A DNA stretch of 64,000 nt, from contig JAUSEK010000011.1 of the NCBI GenBank assembly GCA_030650275.1, forward strand, positions 73,890-137,889, read 5' to 3'. Position numbers and translations under genes: made by a program. Origin of the DNA: Candidatus Omnitrophota bacterium. GTDB lineage: Bacteria > Omnitrophota > Gorgyraeia > Zapsychrales > Fredricksoniimonadaceae. A model generated the notes under the pieces. That model saw only the letters and a list, made by a program, of their open reading frames with translations. It had not been told where the DNA came from and searched no databases. Of the stretch, positions 46,761 through 56,003 are shown in pieces (within the stretch, counting starts at the first letter, position 1; each line of letters begins with the position of its first letter).

Positions 46761-47696
46761 ATGCCGGGCAAGCGTTATTTAGTGACAGGGGCAGCGGGAT
46801 TCATCGGCGCCGCCGTTGCCGGCAAGCTTTTAAATAACGGGCATGAGGTCTGGACGATCGATAATCTGTCCACGGGTTTTGAAGCCAATGTCCCGAAAGG
46901 TGTCCGTTTGATCAAGGGGAATTGTCAGGATCCAGAGATCATTGCCCAGCTTGAAGGCACACAGTTTGACGCCATCGTGCATATCGCCGGGCAATCATCG
47001 GGCGAGATCAGCTTTGATGATCCCGCCTATGACCTGCGCACGAATACCGAATCAACCCTGCGTTTGATCCAGTTCGGTCTTGGCACCGGCTGTGACCGTT
47101 TTGTTTATGCGAGTTCAATGTCCGTGTATGGTCCTGTGCCCGAGACAGCCATTCCGGAAACCCATGAACCCAAGCCGCTTTCTTTTTACGGAGTAGGAAA
47201 ATTAGCGAGTGAACATTATTTACGGATCTATCAGACCAAGGGCCTGAAATCCACGGCGCTTAGGTATTTTAATGTCTATGGCCCCTGTCAGAATATGCAA
47301 AATTTACGGCAAGGCATGGTCAGTATTTTTTTGGCCCAACTGATCAAGCACGACAAGGTGGTTGTCAAAGGCCCCCTGGACCGGTTCCGCGACATGATCT
47401 ACATTGATGATATTGTCAACAACACGATCAAGGTCATTGATCATCCGGGGACGTTCGCAGGAGTGTTCAATTTCGGTACAGGCGTGAAAACAACGGTGGG
47501 AGAGCTTTTGGAATTGATGATGAAACTCGGCAAGATCAAGAAAGAGATCGTCATTGCCGCCGGGACGCCGGGCGATCAAAAAGGGATCTACGCGGATATT
47601 TCCCTGGCCCGTGATACATTCGGGTTCAAGTGTGACTGGACCCTGGAGCAGGGGCTGACGAAAATGGTCCACTGGGCTAAAACAGCGCGATGGTAA
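46761..47696 (+). CDS. NAD-dependent epimerase/dehydratase
   Basis: TGAAGFIG, HIAGQSSGE, ASSMSVYG, YGVGK, FNVYGP. Confidence 0.87.
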   Translation: MPGKRYLVTGAAGFIGAAVAGKLLNNGHEVWTIDNLSTGFEANVPKGVRLIKGNCQDPEIIAQLEGTQFDAIVHIAGQSSGEISFDDPAYDLRTNTESTLRLIQFGLGTGCDRFVYASSMSVYGPVPETAIPETHEPKPLSFYGVGKLASEHYLRIYQTKGLKSTALRYFNVYGPCQNMQNLRQGMVSIFLAQLIKHDKVVVKGPLDRFRDMIYIDDIVNNTIKVIDHPGTFAGVFNFGTGVKTTVGELLELMMKLGKIKKEIVIAAGTPGDQKGIYADISLARDTFGFKCDWTLEQGLTKMVHWAKTARW

Positions 47697-48613
47697 AGGC
47701 GGTTGTTATGAAACCGGAGTGCCGGTTTTGCAAAGCGGGCAGTGCGGCCCAGTCCATTAAGGGAAAGAACGTGTACGGCGGCCGGCCGGACCAGCATTTC
47801 TGGCTGTGCGCGGAGTGCGGGATCATTTATCTTGATCCGCCTTTGAATGAGGATGAAGAACTTGATTTTTATAAGAAAGAATTTGAGAAGTTCATGGAGC
47901 GCCGCGCGGGGAGCGATATGGACTGGAGCGGTCCGGACCAGCATGTCCGGTCTAATCAACGGGAGGTCAAACGCCGCATGCCGTTCTTGGCCAGGCATCT
48001 GAAAGCGGGAGAGCGTGTTTTGGAGATCGGATGTTCATCCGGATTCATGTTGAGCGCCTTGCGGGAGAAGGGTTTGAACGTGACCGGTTTAGACCCCTCC
48101 GGGGGGTTTATGGATTATGTGCGGGCCAAAAAGATCCCTGTATTCCAGACCCTGGACGAACTGAAAGCGGCCGGCGCCCGAAATTTTGACGCGATCATTC
48201 ATTATTATGTTTTTGAACACATCCGTCATCCCCTTGATTTTATCAAGCAATACATGGAACTTCTTAAAGACGGGGGCCTCATGATCTTTGAAGTGCCTTG
48301 CGCCACCGACCCTCTTGTTGAGCTTTATAAGGTCCCGGCATTTGATGAGTTTTACTGGTCGGTCGCGCATCACTGGTATTTTACCCGCGATAGTTTGGGG
48401 AAGGTCCTTAAAAAGGCGGGGGTTGCTTTCGAGCTTTACCCGGACCAGCGTTATGATATTTCCAATCATATGACGTGGATGCTCGACGGCAAACCCGGCG
48501 GCTTGGCCCGCTGGAGCGCCGCTTTTGGAGAGGCGCTGGACCAACAGTACAAAGAACGCCTGAAAGAATTGTGGCTTTGCGACACCATTATTGCCGTTTT
48601 GAAAAAGACATAG
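47690..48613 (+). CDS. Class I SAM-dependent methyltransferase with N-terminal Zn ribbon
   Basis: CRFC...CAECG, LEIGCSSG, VFEHI..P, FEVP, HHWYFT. Confidence 0.85.
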   Translation: MVKAVVMKPECRFCKAGSAAQSIKGKNVYGGRPDQHFWLCAECGIIYLDPPLNEDEELDFYKKEFEKFMERRAGSDMDWSGPDQHVRSNQREVKRRMPFLARHLKAGERVLEIGCSSGFMLSALREKGLNVTGLDPSGGFMDYVRAKKIPVFQTLDELKAAGARNFDAIIHYYVFEHIRHPLDFIKQYMELLKDGGLMIFEVPCATDPLVELYKVPAFDEFYWSVAHHWYFTRDSLGKVLKKAGVAFELYPDQRYDISNHMTWMLDGKPGGLARWSAAFGEALDQQYKERLKELWLCDTIIAVLKKT

Positions 48614-48617
48614 AGAT

Positions 48618-49277
48618 ATGAAACTTCTGGCGATCATAGCGGAAAAGATGTATCTTCTCGCCCCCTTACGTCCGTTTGCCTTGCGTCTTTTAAAGAAGTC
48701 GCGGAAAAATGAGCTGGATAATGACCGCCTGCGTTCTATTTTTAAGAAGTATCATGGCGTTGAGATCGGCGCCTATAGTTATGGAGGGTGTTTTGACCCC
48801 AACAAGGTCCCGTCAGGGACAAAGATCGGCCGGTTTTGTTCATTTGCGGATGAAGTGATGATCATCCCGACGGACCATTTGGTTTCAGCGGTCTCAACGC
48901 ATCCGTTTTTGTTTAAACCGCATCTTGGGTTCATTGAAAAAGACCCGCGTCCTGCGCATGATTTAGAGATCGGCAACGATGTTTGGGTGGGGTATCGGGC
49001 TGTGATCCTCCCCGGGGTCAGAAGGATCGGCGACGGGGCCATCCTGGCCGCCGGCTGTGTGGTGACAAAGGATGTGCCTGCCTATGCGGTCATGGCCGGT
49101 GTTCCGGCCAGGGTCATTAAATACCGTTTTAACGAAACGATCGTGAAACGGTTATTGGAGGTCCGTTGGTGGAATTGGCCGGCGGAAAAGATCTTTTCCA
49201 AGGCCAGGGTTTTTTTGGATCCGGATGAATTTATGAGACGGGAGGGAATGGATGAGTTTAAAAAGAAAGGCCTTTGA
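48618..49277 (+). CDS. Left-handed beta-helix O-acetyltransferase (CatB/XAT-like)
   Basis: IGAYSY, IGRFCS, STHPF, IGNDVWVG, VTKDVP, GVPARVIKYRF, WWNW. Confidence 0.88.
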   Translation: MKLLAIIAEKMYLLAPLRPFALRLLKKSRKNELDNDRLRSIFKKYHGVEIGAYSYGGCFDPNKVPSGTKIGRFCSFADEVMIIPTDHLVSAVSTHPFLFKPHLGFIEKDPRPAHDLEIGNDVWVGYRAVILPGVRRIGDGAILAAGCVVTKDVPAYAVMAGVPARVIKYRFNETIVKRLLEVRWWNWPAEKIFSKARVFLDPDEFMRREGMDEFKKKGL

Positions 49278-50091
49278 TTGGCTTTCCTCTTTGGCTGTTC
49301 GCCGGGCCGTGAGGCAAGATCCTTCTTTGCGGCAGATGTGGGACCTTTCCAACAGGGTTTTGCCTGAGCTTGGAGATCATTACGCCACGGTCCACATCAA
49401 GGAGGAAGAAACCCTGCTTCGTTTGAGATTGCTTGTCTGCGCCCAGGCCTTGTTTGTCAAGAAAGTGATTGCCCGTTTGAAGGGCCAGGGCCAGCGGGTC
49501 AGCTCCTGGGTTGATGTGGGCGATTCCGACGGCGCGGCGCGGCTTTTGTTCCTTGCCGGCGTTGATCCGGGGGATGCGATCAAAACCTTGGGGGTCAATC
49601 TTGAGAAAGAGGCCATTGCCCTGATCAGAAGCAAGGGGCTTGAGGCCGAGCATATGAACGCGATGGATCTGCACAAAAAAGGGATCGGATGCGATCTGGT
49701 TTCGGTTTTTGAGACCCTGGAACATATGCCTGATCCGATCGGTTTTTTGGAAAACATGCAGGAGGTGGTCGGCGAACGGCTGTTGATCTCTGTGCCGCTG
49801 ATCGTCAGAAGCAGGGTCGGCCTGCGGTATTTGACCAAGAAATGGGAGCCCTCCAAGAAACCGGGGTATAGCAACAATCATATGTTTGAACTCTCTCCGG
49901 CGGATTGGCAAAAATTGTTCCAACACTCCGGCTGGGCCATCGACGAGGAGTGGAAGGTCCGTCAATATCCCCGCTCGGGGTTATTGAAGAATGTGATGCA
50001 GGCGGCCTGGCGCAAGATCGCTTTTGAGGGCTACTGGTTCGTTTCTTTAAAGAAGGACAAGACGTTTTCCAACCAATTTATTAAAGGTTAA
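49252..50091 (+). CDS. Methyltransferase-fold protein with atypical motif I
   Basis: VDVGDSDG (degenerate DxGxGxG), FETLEHM.DP, ISVP. Confidence 0.6.
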   Translation: MSLKRKAFDWLSSLAVRRAVRQDPSLRQMWDLSNRVLPELGDHYATVHIKEEETLLRLRLLVCAQALFVKKVIARLKGQGQRVSSWVDVGDSDGAARLLFLAGVDPGDAIKTLGVNLEKEAIALIRSKGLEAEHMNAMDLHKKGIGCDLVSVFETLEHMPDPIGFLENMQEVVGERLLISVPLIVRSRVGLRYLTKKWEPSKKPGYSNNHMFELSPADWQKLFQHSGWAIDEEWKVRQYPRSGLLKNVMQAAWRKIAFEGYWFVSLKKDKTFSNQFIKG

Positions 50092-50095
50092 GATC

Positions 50096-51871
50096 TTGGC
50101 CGGCTGTAAAATCCATATTCTTTCAGGCCTTACTCATCGCAATGTCCCACTCAATTCGAATGGGATATTTTTCTTTTGCTCCCGCAAGCTTTCCCGCGCC
50201 GAGATCCGGGTCATCCGCTCCACAGGCCTCAAGAGGTATTATTTAAAGCCCTTATCAGCAGGGCAAGAACAAAAGTTTTTTTCCGCTTTCGGGGAGTTAT
50301 GGGAGAAGGTGGTCAAGGGCAAGGGCGCCGATGACCCCTTTTGGCGTAATGGTGTTTCTTCCAAGATGCAGGAATGGGAAAATTCAGCCGGGTATTTAGC
50401 CGTCACTCTTTTCGCCTTATCGCAAGACCCCCTGCTTGCGAAAACGGAATTGATCGTTTTACCCGACAGCGTTGAGGAAGCTTCGGTATGGCGCGCCTGG
50501 GGCTTGGCGCATGACTGGACCGTTGTTTCGTATACATTCGGTTTATGGCAGGGGATCAGGCAGGAGTTGGAGAATGGGATGAGGGCTTTACGTCTGGCCG
50601 GCCTTTTTCTTAGGAAGAAATGGCGCGCGCGGCCGCGGACTTTTCAAATAAGGCCGGGGGCTTTTTTAGTCGTGACATTGTTTTACCGTCGGGTTTTTGA
50701 TCGTCAAGAATATGAAGACCTGTTCTTTGGAGATCTGCGCAAAGAGAATGCCCGTTCGGAACGGGACATCTTTTATTTAGGGGACGCGATCGACGGACTT
50801 GAAAGCGGTGACCAAAAGCGAATGGGAAAAGAGAGCTGGCCGGTCAGTATTTACAGCCTGTTGTCCTGGCCCGATATGTTCGCGGGGTTGTCATCCGTGC
50901 TCATGGGGAGACCGCGTTTTGTCGGTTGTTCTTTTGCGGGCGTGGACTTTTCCGCTGTCCTGACGTGGCACGCGCGCCGGTCCCGCTATGATCATAACTT
51001 GACCGCCGAGTTTTTTTATCGCGCTGTGCGTCGGGCGTGTCAGAGATGCCGTTTTGATAAAATGCTTTTCGCCTTTGAGGGAAACGCGTATGAGCGCGCG
51101 GTGATACAGGCTTTCCGCCGGATGGGACACGGCGTGATCGACGCCTACAGCCACGCGGTGATCTATCCTTTAAATCTTAAATTATATCTTTCGGTCTCCG
51201 AGATCGCCCGGGCCCCGCAACCGGATCGTTACCTGGTCTGCGGCAGTTGGGTTCGGGACGCGTTCATGCGCGTCAGGCGTGTACAGGTGCCTGTGATCAG
51301 TGTTTGTTCTTTGAGGGCCATCCCCAGGACCATAGAACGGGCCGTAACTCAAAAGGAAGAAATTTTAGTGGTTTTAGACGGGGTTTGGTCCACGGTCCAT
51401 CTGGTGAACTGGCTCTATGAGAACCGGAATATTTTTACAAAATATAAGGTCTTCATCAGGCCCCATCCGAATGTGAACGGCCCGCGTCTTTTCAGCCAGT
51501 GCCCGCAATATCAAGAAGGGGTATTTGCTATTTCCAACCGGTCCCTTCAAGAGGACCTGCGGCAGGCGGCGTGTGTGCTCTATAGACAATCCTCCGTGGG
51601 AGTGACGGCCCTGATGAACGCGGTCCCTGTGATCCATTTGAGAATTGACCTGCCGCTTTCCGGGGATCCATTGGAAGGCCTGGAGGCGGGCAAGCTCTGT
51701 GTGGAAGATGCCGAAGGTTTAAGGCAGGCATTGCTTCGCATCCCTGATCTGCAGGCACAGCTCAATGATGATCAGGGGAAGGCCATTGACATCGCGCGTC
51801 ATTATTTTGACGCCTCTTCTTCAGAGCTGATCCGGCCTTTTTTAGAAATTTTTCCTTTAGCACGTTCTTGA
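50096..51871 (+). CDS. Large uncharacterised surface-carbohydrate biosynthesis protein; candidate GT-B ulosonyltransferase
   Basis: FEGNAYER, YSHA, IRPHP (HP motif), SSVG..AL...VPVI. TTG start uncertain. Confidence 0.5.
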   Translation: MAGCKIHILSGLTHRNVPLNSNGIFFFCSRKLSRAEIRVIRSTGLKRYYLKPLSAGQEQKFFSAFGELWEKVVKGKGADDPFWRNGVSSKMQEWENSAGYLAVTLFALSQDPLLAKTELIVLPDSVEEASVWRAWGLAHDWTVVSYTFGLWQGIRQELENGMRALRLAGLFLRKKWRARPRTFQIRPGAFLVVTLFYRRVFDRQEYEDLFFGDLRKENARSERDIFYLGDAIDGLESGDQKRMGKESWPVSIYSLLSWPDMFAGLSSVLMGRPRFVGCSFAGVDFSAVLTWHARRSRYDHNLTAEFFYRAVRRACQRCRFDKMLFAFEGNAYERAVIQAFRRMGHGVIDAYSHAVIYPLNLKLYLSVSEIARAPQPDRYLVCGSWVRDAFMRVRRVQVPVISVCSLRAIPRTIERAVTQKEEILVVLDGVWSTVHLVNWLYENRNIFTKYKVFIRPHPNVNGPRLFSQCPQYQEGVFAISNRSLQEDLRQAACVLYRQSSVGVTALMNAVPVIHLRIDLPLSGDPLEGLEAGKLCVEDAEGLRQALLRIPDLQAQLNDDQGKAIDIARHYFDASSSELIRPFLEIFPLARS

Positions 51872-51886
51872 TCGAGAGGGGTCCTG

Positions 51887-52543
51887 ATGAGAGGGGTTGG
51901 TCATAAAAAGTGGATCGATGTCACGGTGCCTATTTGTCACGGGATGATCTCTTGGCCCAGTGATCCTCCCGTGGAAATTTCGCGGTACAAATGTATCGGC
52001 AGGAATGGGCAATTGAACAACGTTGCCTTATTGAAGATGGGGAGCCATACAGGCACGCATATTGATGCTCCCAGGCATTTTTTGAAAGACGGCCTGACCG
52101 TAGATGCCATGAGCCCTGAACTTATGGTGGGGCCTGTGAATGTTATTCAGATCAAGGACCCCGTTGCGGTCCGTGCCGCACAACTTAAAGATCAAGGAAT
52201 AAGACCGGGACAAAGGATCATTTTAAAGACGCGGAATTCTTCCACTCAATGGTGGCATAAAGGATTTAATAAGGATTTTGTATATTTGACATTGGAGGCC
52301 GCCGAATTTTTGGCCTCCCGACGGGTCAAATTGGTGGGGATCGATTACCTTTCCGTTGGCGGTTACAAACACGAAGACGGCGGTAAGGTCCATAAGGCCT
52401 TGCTGGAGCGTGGGATATGCATTGTGGAAGGCCTGGCTCTTTGTGATGTAAGGCCGGGACTTTATGATATAATGTGCCTTCCGATGAAGATAGGACAGGG
52501 GGACGGGGCCCCGGCCCGGGTTTTATTGCGCAAGAAGAGATGA
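51887..52543 (+). CDS. Cyclase-family metal-dependent amidase (kynurenine formamidase-like)
   Basis: HTGTHIDAPRHF, GIDYLSV, VHKALL, IVEGL, DGAPARV. Confidence 0.88.
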   Translation: MRGVGHKKWIDVTVPICHGMISWPSDPPVEISRYKCIGRNGQLNNVALLKMGSHTGTHIDAPRHFLKDGLTVDAMSPELMVGPVNVIQIKDPVAVRAAQLKDQGIRPGQRIILKTRNSSTQWWHKGFNKDFVYLTLEAAEFLASRRVKLVGIDYLSVGGYKHEDGGKVHKALLERGICIVEGLALCDVRPGLYDIMCLPMKIGQGDGAPARVLLRKKR

Positions 52544-53364
52544 GAAAGAGAACATCCATGCCGGATAAAAAATTCAGTTATGAAGAGCCCCAGGAGGCCT
52601 TGAGTTCAAGAATATCCGCTCATCTGCGATATAGCGATTTTAACCTGCATGACTGGATCAGAAACAGATTTGTCATTGCTCGCGGCAGTAAAGTCCTTGA
52701 TCTGGGGTGCGGTAACGGGAATTTTACAAAGTTGTTTTGGGAATGCGTGCGGCCCAATGGGGCGGTGATCGGCTTGGATAAGAACGCGCAAGTCATCACG
52801 GATGCCAAAAAACAGAATAAGGGACTTCCGCCGTCGCTGGTCAAATATTTTGTGCAGGATTATGACCGTCCTTTCGCGGACCTTGGGATGCGGTTTGATT
52901 GGATATTCGCGATCTACTCGTTGTATTATACGGAAGACAGCGCCAGGATCCTGGATATTACAAAAAAAATGCTGTCATCGGGCGGGACGTTCGTGGTCAT
53001 CGGACCGGCCCCTCAAAATGTCCGCGATCTTACTGATTTCAGCCGGGACCTGACCAAAAAAGATCCTGATCAACAGCATTTTGGACGGATCGAACGGATC
53101 TCCAAAGAATTCCATCCGTTATTTGATCAAATGTTCGGCAAAGCCAATGTCACCTATGAAGAAATTGACAGTGTCATGACATTCCCTGACGCGCACAGTT
53201 TTGCGGAATATTACTGGTCAACGCTGTTATGGCGTGAAAGCATCCAGGGTCTTTCCGCGGACAAGATCGGGTCCCTGAAAGCGGAAACATTAAAACGGGC
53301 CTCAGCGCTCCCGGCCCTTCAGATCAAAAAACAGATGTCCTGTCTTGTCGGCAAGGTCAATTAG
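52540..53364 (+). CDS. Class I SAM-dependent methyltransferase
   Basis: VLDLGCGNG, IGLD, FDWIFAIYSLYY, GGTF. ATGA coupling to the upstream gene. Confidence 0.82.
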   Translation: MRKRTSMPDKKFSYEEPQEALSSRISAHLRYSDFNLHDWIRNRFVIARGSKVLDLGCGNGNFTKLFWECVRPNGAVIGLDKNAQVITDAKKQNKGLPPSLVKYFVQDYDRPFADLGMRFDWIFAIYSLYYTEDSARILDITKKMLSSGGTFVVIGPAPQNVRDLTDFSRDLTKKDPDQQHFGRIERISKEFHPLFDQMFGKANVTYEEIDSVMTFPDAHSFAEYYWSTLLWRESIQGLSADKIGSLKAETLKRASALPALQIKKQMSCLVGKVN

Positions 53365-53372
53365 GGGGGGTT

Positions 53373-54071
53373 ATGGATCTCAATTCAAAAACACGGTTGT
53401 TGATCATTGCCGCCCATCCTGATGATGAGTTATTAGGATGCGGGGGGACCATTGTCAAAGCCCTCAAATATAAAGCCAAGGTGGAAGTGGTCTTCTTGGG
53501 CGAAGGGATCTCGGCCCGTTTTCCCGTCGGCCGGTATGATTCTCCCGAATTTAAGAAATTCACTCAACAGAGAAGAAAAGAAGCGCAACAGGCGCTGAAG
53601 ATCTTGGGTGTCAAAAATGTTCATTTCGGCACAAGGCTGTGCGTCCAGTTCGATACATACCCCATGATCTCCATTGTCAAAGAGATCGAAGAGAGGATGA
53701 AGGCCTTTCGTCCCACCATGCTGTTGACCCACAATCCTTCAGAAGTGAACATTGACCATCGTATCACTTATGAAGCCGTTGAAGCGGCCTGCCGTCCGAC
53801 CAATCCGTGGGTCCCCAGGGCCATTTACACCTTTGAGGTCATCTGCAGCGGCAATTGGAAATTTGATCCATTTTTCAAACCGAATGTTTTCGTTGATATA
53901 GAAAAATATTGGCCCAAAAAGGCCATGGCGTGGCGTTGTTATAAGGGGGAGCAGAGGCCTTTTCCGCATTTCCGTTCTGAAAAAGGGCTGGAAACGCTCG
54001 CCATTTTTCGGGGATTGACGGTGGGCATCAGCAAAGCCGAAGCGTTCCGCCTGGTCCGCCGGATCGTTTAG
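53373..54071 (+). CDS. PIG-L/LmbE-family N-deacetylase
   Basis: AAHPDDELLGCGGT, RRKEA..A, NIDHR, KAEAF. Confidence 0.88.
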   Translation: MDLNSKTRLLIIAAHPDDELLGCGGTIVKALKYKAKVEVVFLGEGISARFPVGRYDSPEFKKFTQQRRKEAQQALKILGVKNVHFGTRLCVQFDTYPMISIVKEIEERMKAFRPTMLLTHNPSEVNIDHRITYEAVEAACRPTNPWVPRAIYTFEVICSGNWKFDPFFKPNVFVDIEKYWPKKAMAWRCYKGEQRPFPHFRSEKGLETLAIFRGLTVGISKAEAFRLVRRIV

Positions 54072-54072
54072 A

Positions 54073-54987
54073 ATGACCTATAGCATCATCCTTCCGACAT
54101 TGAATCGCGCAAAGCTGGTCAGGAATTCACTGGCCTGTTTTGAGAAACAGACGGTCTTGCCCTATGAAGTCATCGTTGTGGATCAGAGCGATGATCAGGG
54201 CACCCGTGATATTTTTTCGGCATGGAACCCGCCGGGGATCAGGAAGAAATACATCCACCGGGAGGTCAAATCACTGATCCTGGCGCGGCATGCCGGTTTA
54301 GACGCCACAGATGAGACCGATCTGGTGACATTTTTTGATGATGACATCACGCTGGACCCTTTGTTTTGTGAGGAGATCATCAAGGTATTTATCAGCGATC
54401 AAGCGCACCGGTATGCCGGCGGCATGGGCACTGTTGCGGGTTGGAAATACCGGTTCAAACCATTTCAGGCCTTTTTTTTAATGCCGCATGAGGGCAGCGG
54501 CCGTTTTCTTGCCAGCGGGGCCCAAACGTTCCCTCACTGGAAGAAAGAATTTTCTGAAACGGAATTCCTGTCCGGCGGGTGCACATTCTGGCGACGGAAG
54601 ATCATTCAGAAATATCGTTTTGATGAACGGTTAAGCGGTTACGGCCATGCGGATGATGTGGATGTTTCGTATAGGGTCTCGCGGGACCATAAACTTTTTT
54701 TTCAACCCAAGTCGGTGTGTTATCAGATCAAAGATCCTGCGGGAAAAGATCCCGGCCGACAATATCGGCGGGTATGGATACAAAATATGTATTATTTAGT
54801 GCAGAAAAACAAATTGTCCATGGCCGCGTATGCCTGGTGCGTTGTGGGGCACATGTTGCGCGATCTGATATGCCTGGATCTCCAGAGATTTCTCGGATGC
54901 ACCGAAGGCGTATGGAATATCATCCGTGATCGCGTGGATACGGTCCAGGGATACGATGATTTTAAACACAGGACAGAGGCATTATGA
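54073..54987 (+). CDS. GT2 glycosyltransferase
   Basis: IILPTLNR, VVDQS, FFDDD, FDERL, DDVDVSYR. Confidence 0.88.
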   Translation: MTYSIILPTLNRAKLVRNSLACFEKQTVLPYEVIVVDQSDDQGTRDIFSAWNPPGIRKKYIHREVKSLILARHAGLDATDETDLVTFFDDDITLDPLFCEEIIKVFISDQAHRYAGGMGTVAGWKYRFKPFQAFFLMPHEGSGRFLASGAQTFPHWKKEFSETEFLSGGCTFWRRKIIQKYRFDERLSGYGHADDVDVSYRVSRDHKLFFQPKSVCYQIKDPAGKDPGRQYRRVWIQNMYYLVQKNKLSMAAYAWCVVGHMLRDLICLDLQRFLGCTEGVWNIIRDRVDTVQGYDDFKHRTEAL

Positions 54988-56003
54988 AGACCGGCAGGAC
55001 TAAATATTTGATCACAGGCGCGGCCGGTTTTATCGGGAGCAATTTCGTCCATTATTTATACCAGCAGCATAAGGATATTGAGGTGGTTGTGCTGGATAAA
55101 ATGGCTTACTCGGGCAGTCCGCAAAGCATCAAAGAGCTTAAGGCCTATCCCGGATTTCATTTCATTCAGGGTGATATTTGCGATCCCGCGGCAGTCAAGA
55201 AAGCCATGGCAGGAGCGCGGGTGGTGGTCAATTTCGCGGCTGAAGTGGCGGTGGACCGGTCCATCCTTGACCCGGATTCATTTCTTAAAACGGACATCAT
55301 GGGGACCTATACCCTCCTGCAGGAGGCCCGCCGGCAAAAGCAGCTGCAAAGGTTCGTCCAGATATCCACCGACGAGGTCTATGGCCAGATCCTGGAGGGC
55401 AGTTTTACGGAAAGCTCCGAATTGAAACCCCGCAACCCTTATGCCGCTTCCAAACTGGGAGCGGACCGTCTGGCATATAGTTTCTTTGTGACCTACGGTC
55501 TTCCGGTGCTTGTGACCAGATCGTCCAATAATTACGGACCGCGGGCCTATTTGGAAAAAGTGGTCCCGCTATTCATCACCAATCTGATCGACGGACAGCA
55601 GGTGCCTGTGTATGGCGAAGGCAAACAGATCCGGGACTGGTTGTTCGTGGAAGACCATTGCAGTGCCATTGATCTGCTCATTGAGCGCGGCATTAATGGT
55701 GAAACTTATAATATCGCGGGCGAACAAGAACTGACGAACATGGAATTGACGGGCCTTATCTTGAAATTCATGGGCAAGGACAAGTCATCGGTCAAATTTG
55801 TCCAGGACCGTCCCGGGCACGATTTCAGGTATAGTCTGGATTGTTCCAAGATGAAACAATTGGGCTGGCGCCAGCGGCACGGCATCAAAGAGGGGCTTCA
55901 AAAGACCATCGCGTGGTATCAGGACAATCCCGGCTGGTGGCGTCCGGTCAAGGAGCAGATGGACGCCCGTTATCCGGCCGGTTATTGGGGGGAGAAAAAA
56001 TGA
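54984..56003 (+). CDS. rmlB: dTDP-glucose 4,6-dehydratase
   Basis: TGAAGFIGSNF, FAAE..VDRSI, ISTDEVYG, PYAASK, SNNYGP, RDWLFVEDH, DRPGHDFRY. Confidence 0.92.
   Translation: MKTGRTKYLITGAAGFIGSNFVHYLYQQHKDIEVVVLDKMAYSGSPQSIKELKAYPGFHFIQGDICDPAAVKKAMAGARVVVNFAAEVAVDRSILDPDSFLKTDIMGTYTLLQEARRQKQLQRFVQISTDEVYGQILEGSFTESSELKPRNPYAASKLGADRLAYSFFVTYGLPVLVTRSSNNYGPRAYLEKVVPLFITNLIDGQQVPVYGEGKQIRDWLFVEDHCSAIDLLIERGINGETYNIAGEQELTNMELTGLILKFMGKDKSSVKFVQDRPGHDFRYSLDCSKMKQLGWRQRHGIKEGLQKTIAWYQDNPGWWRPVKEQMDARYPAGYWGEKK

Noticed and set aside
48618-49277. Chloramphenicol/streptogramin acetyltransferase resistance gene
   Set aside because: LbH acetyltransferases of this type are common glycan O-acetyltransferases, and there is no resistance or mobile context.
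32536-49965. Long minus-strand ORFs (e.g. 32536-33159, 33678-34379, 41892-42587, 42743-43363, 49258-49965)
   Set aside because: All lie antisense to well-supported plus-strand genes and lack recognisable motifs; they are shadow ORFs.
42731-53370. Homopolymer runs (A8 at 42731, A8 at 52962, G7 at 53364) as phase-variation tracts
   Set aside because: They are too short to be convincing; Lys codons and an RBS explain them.
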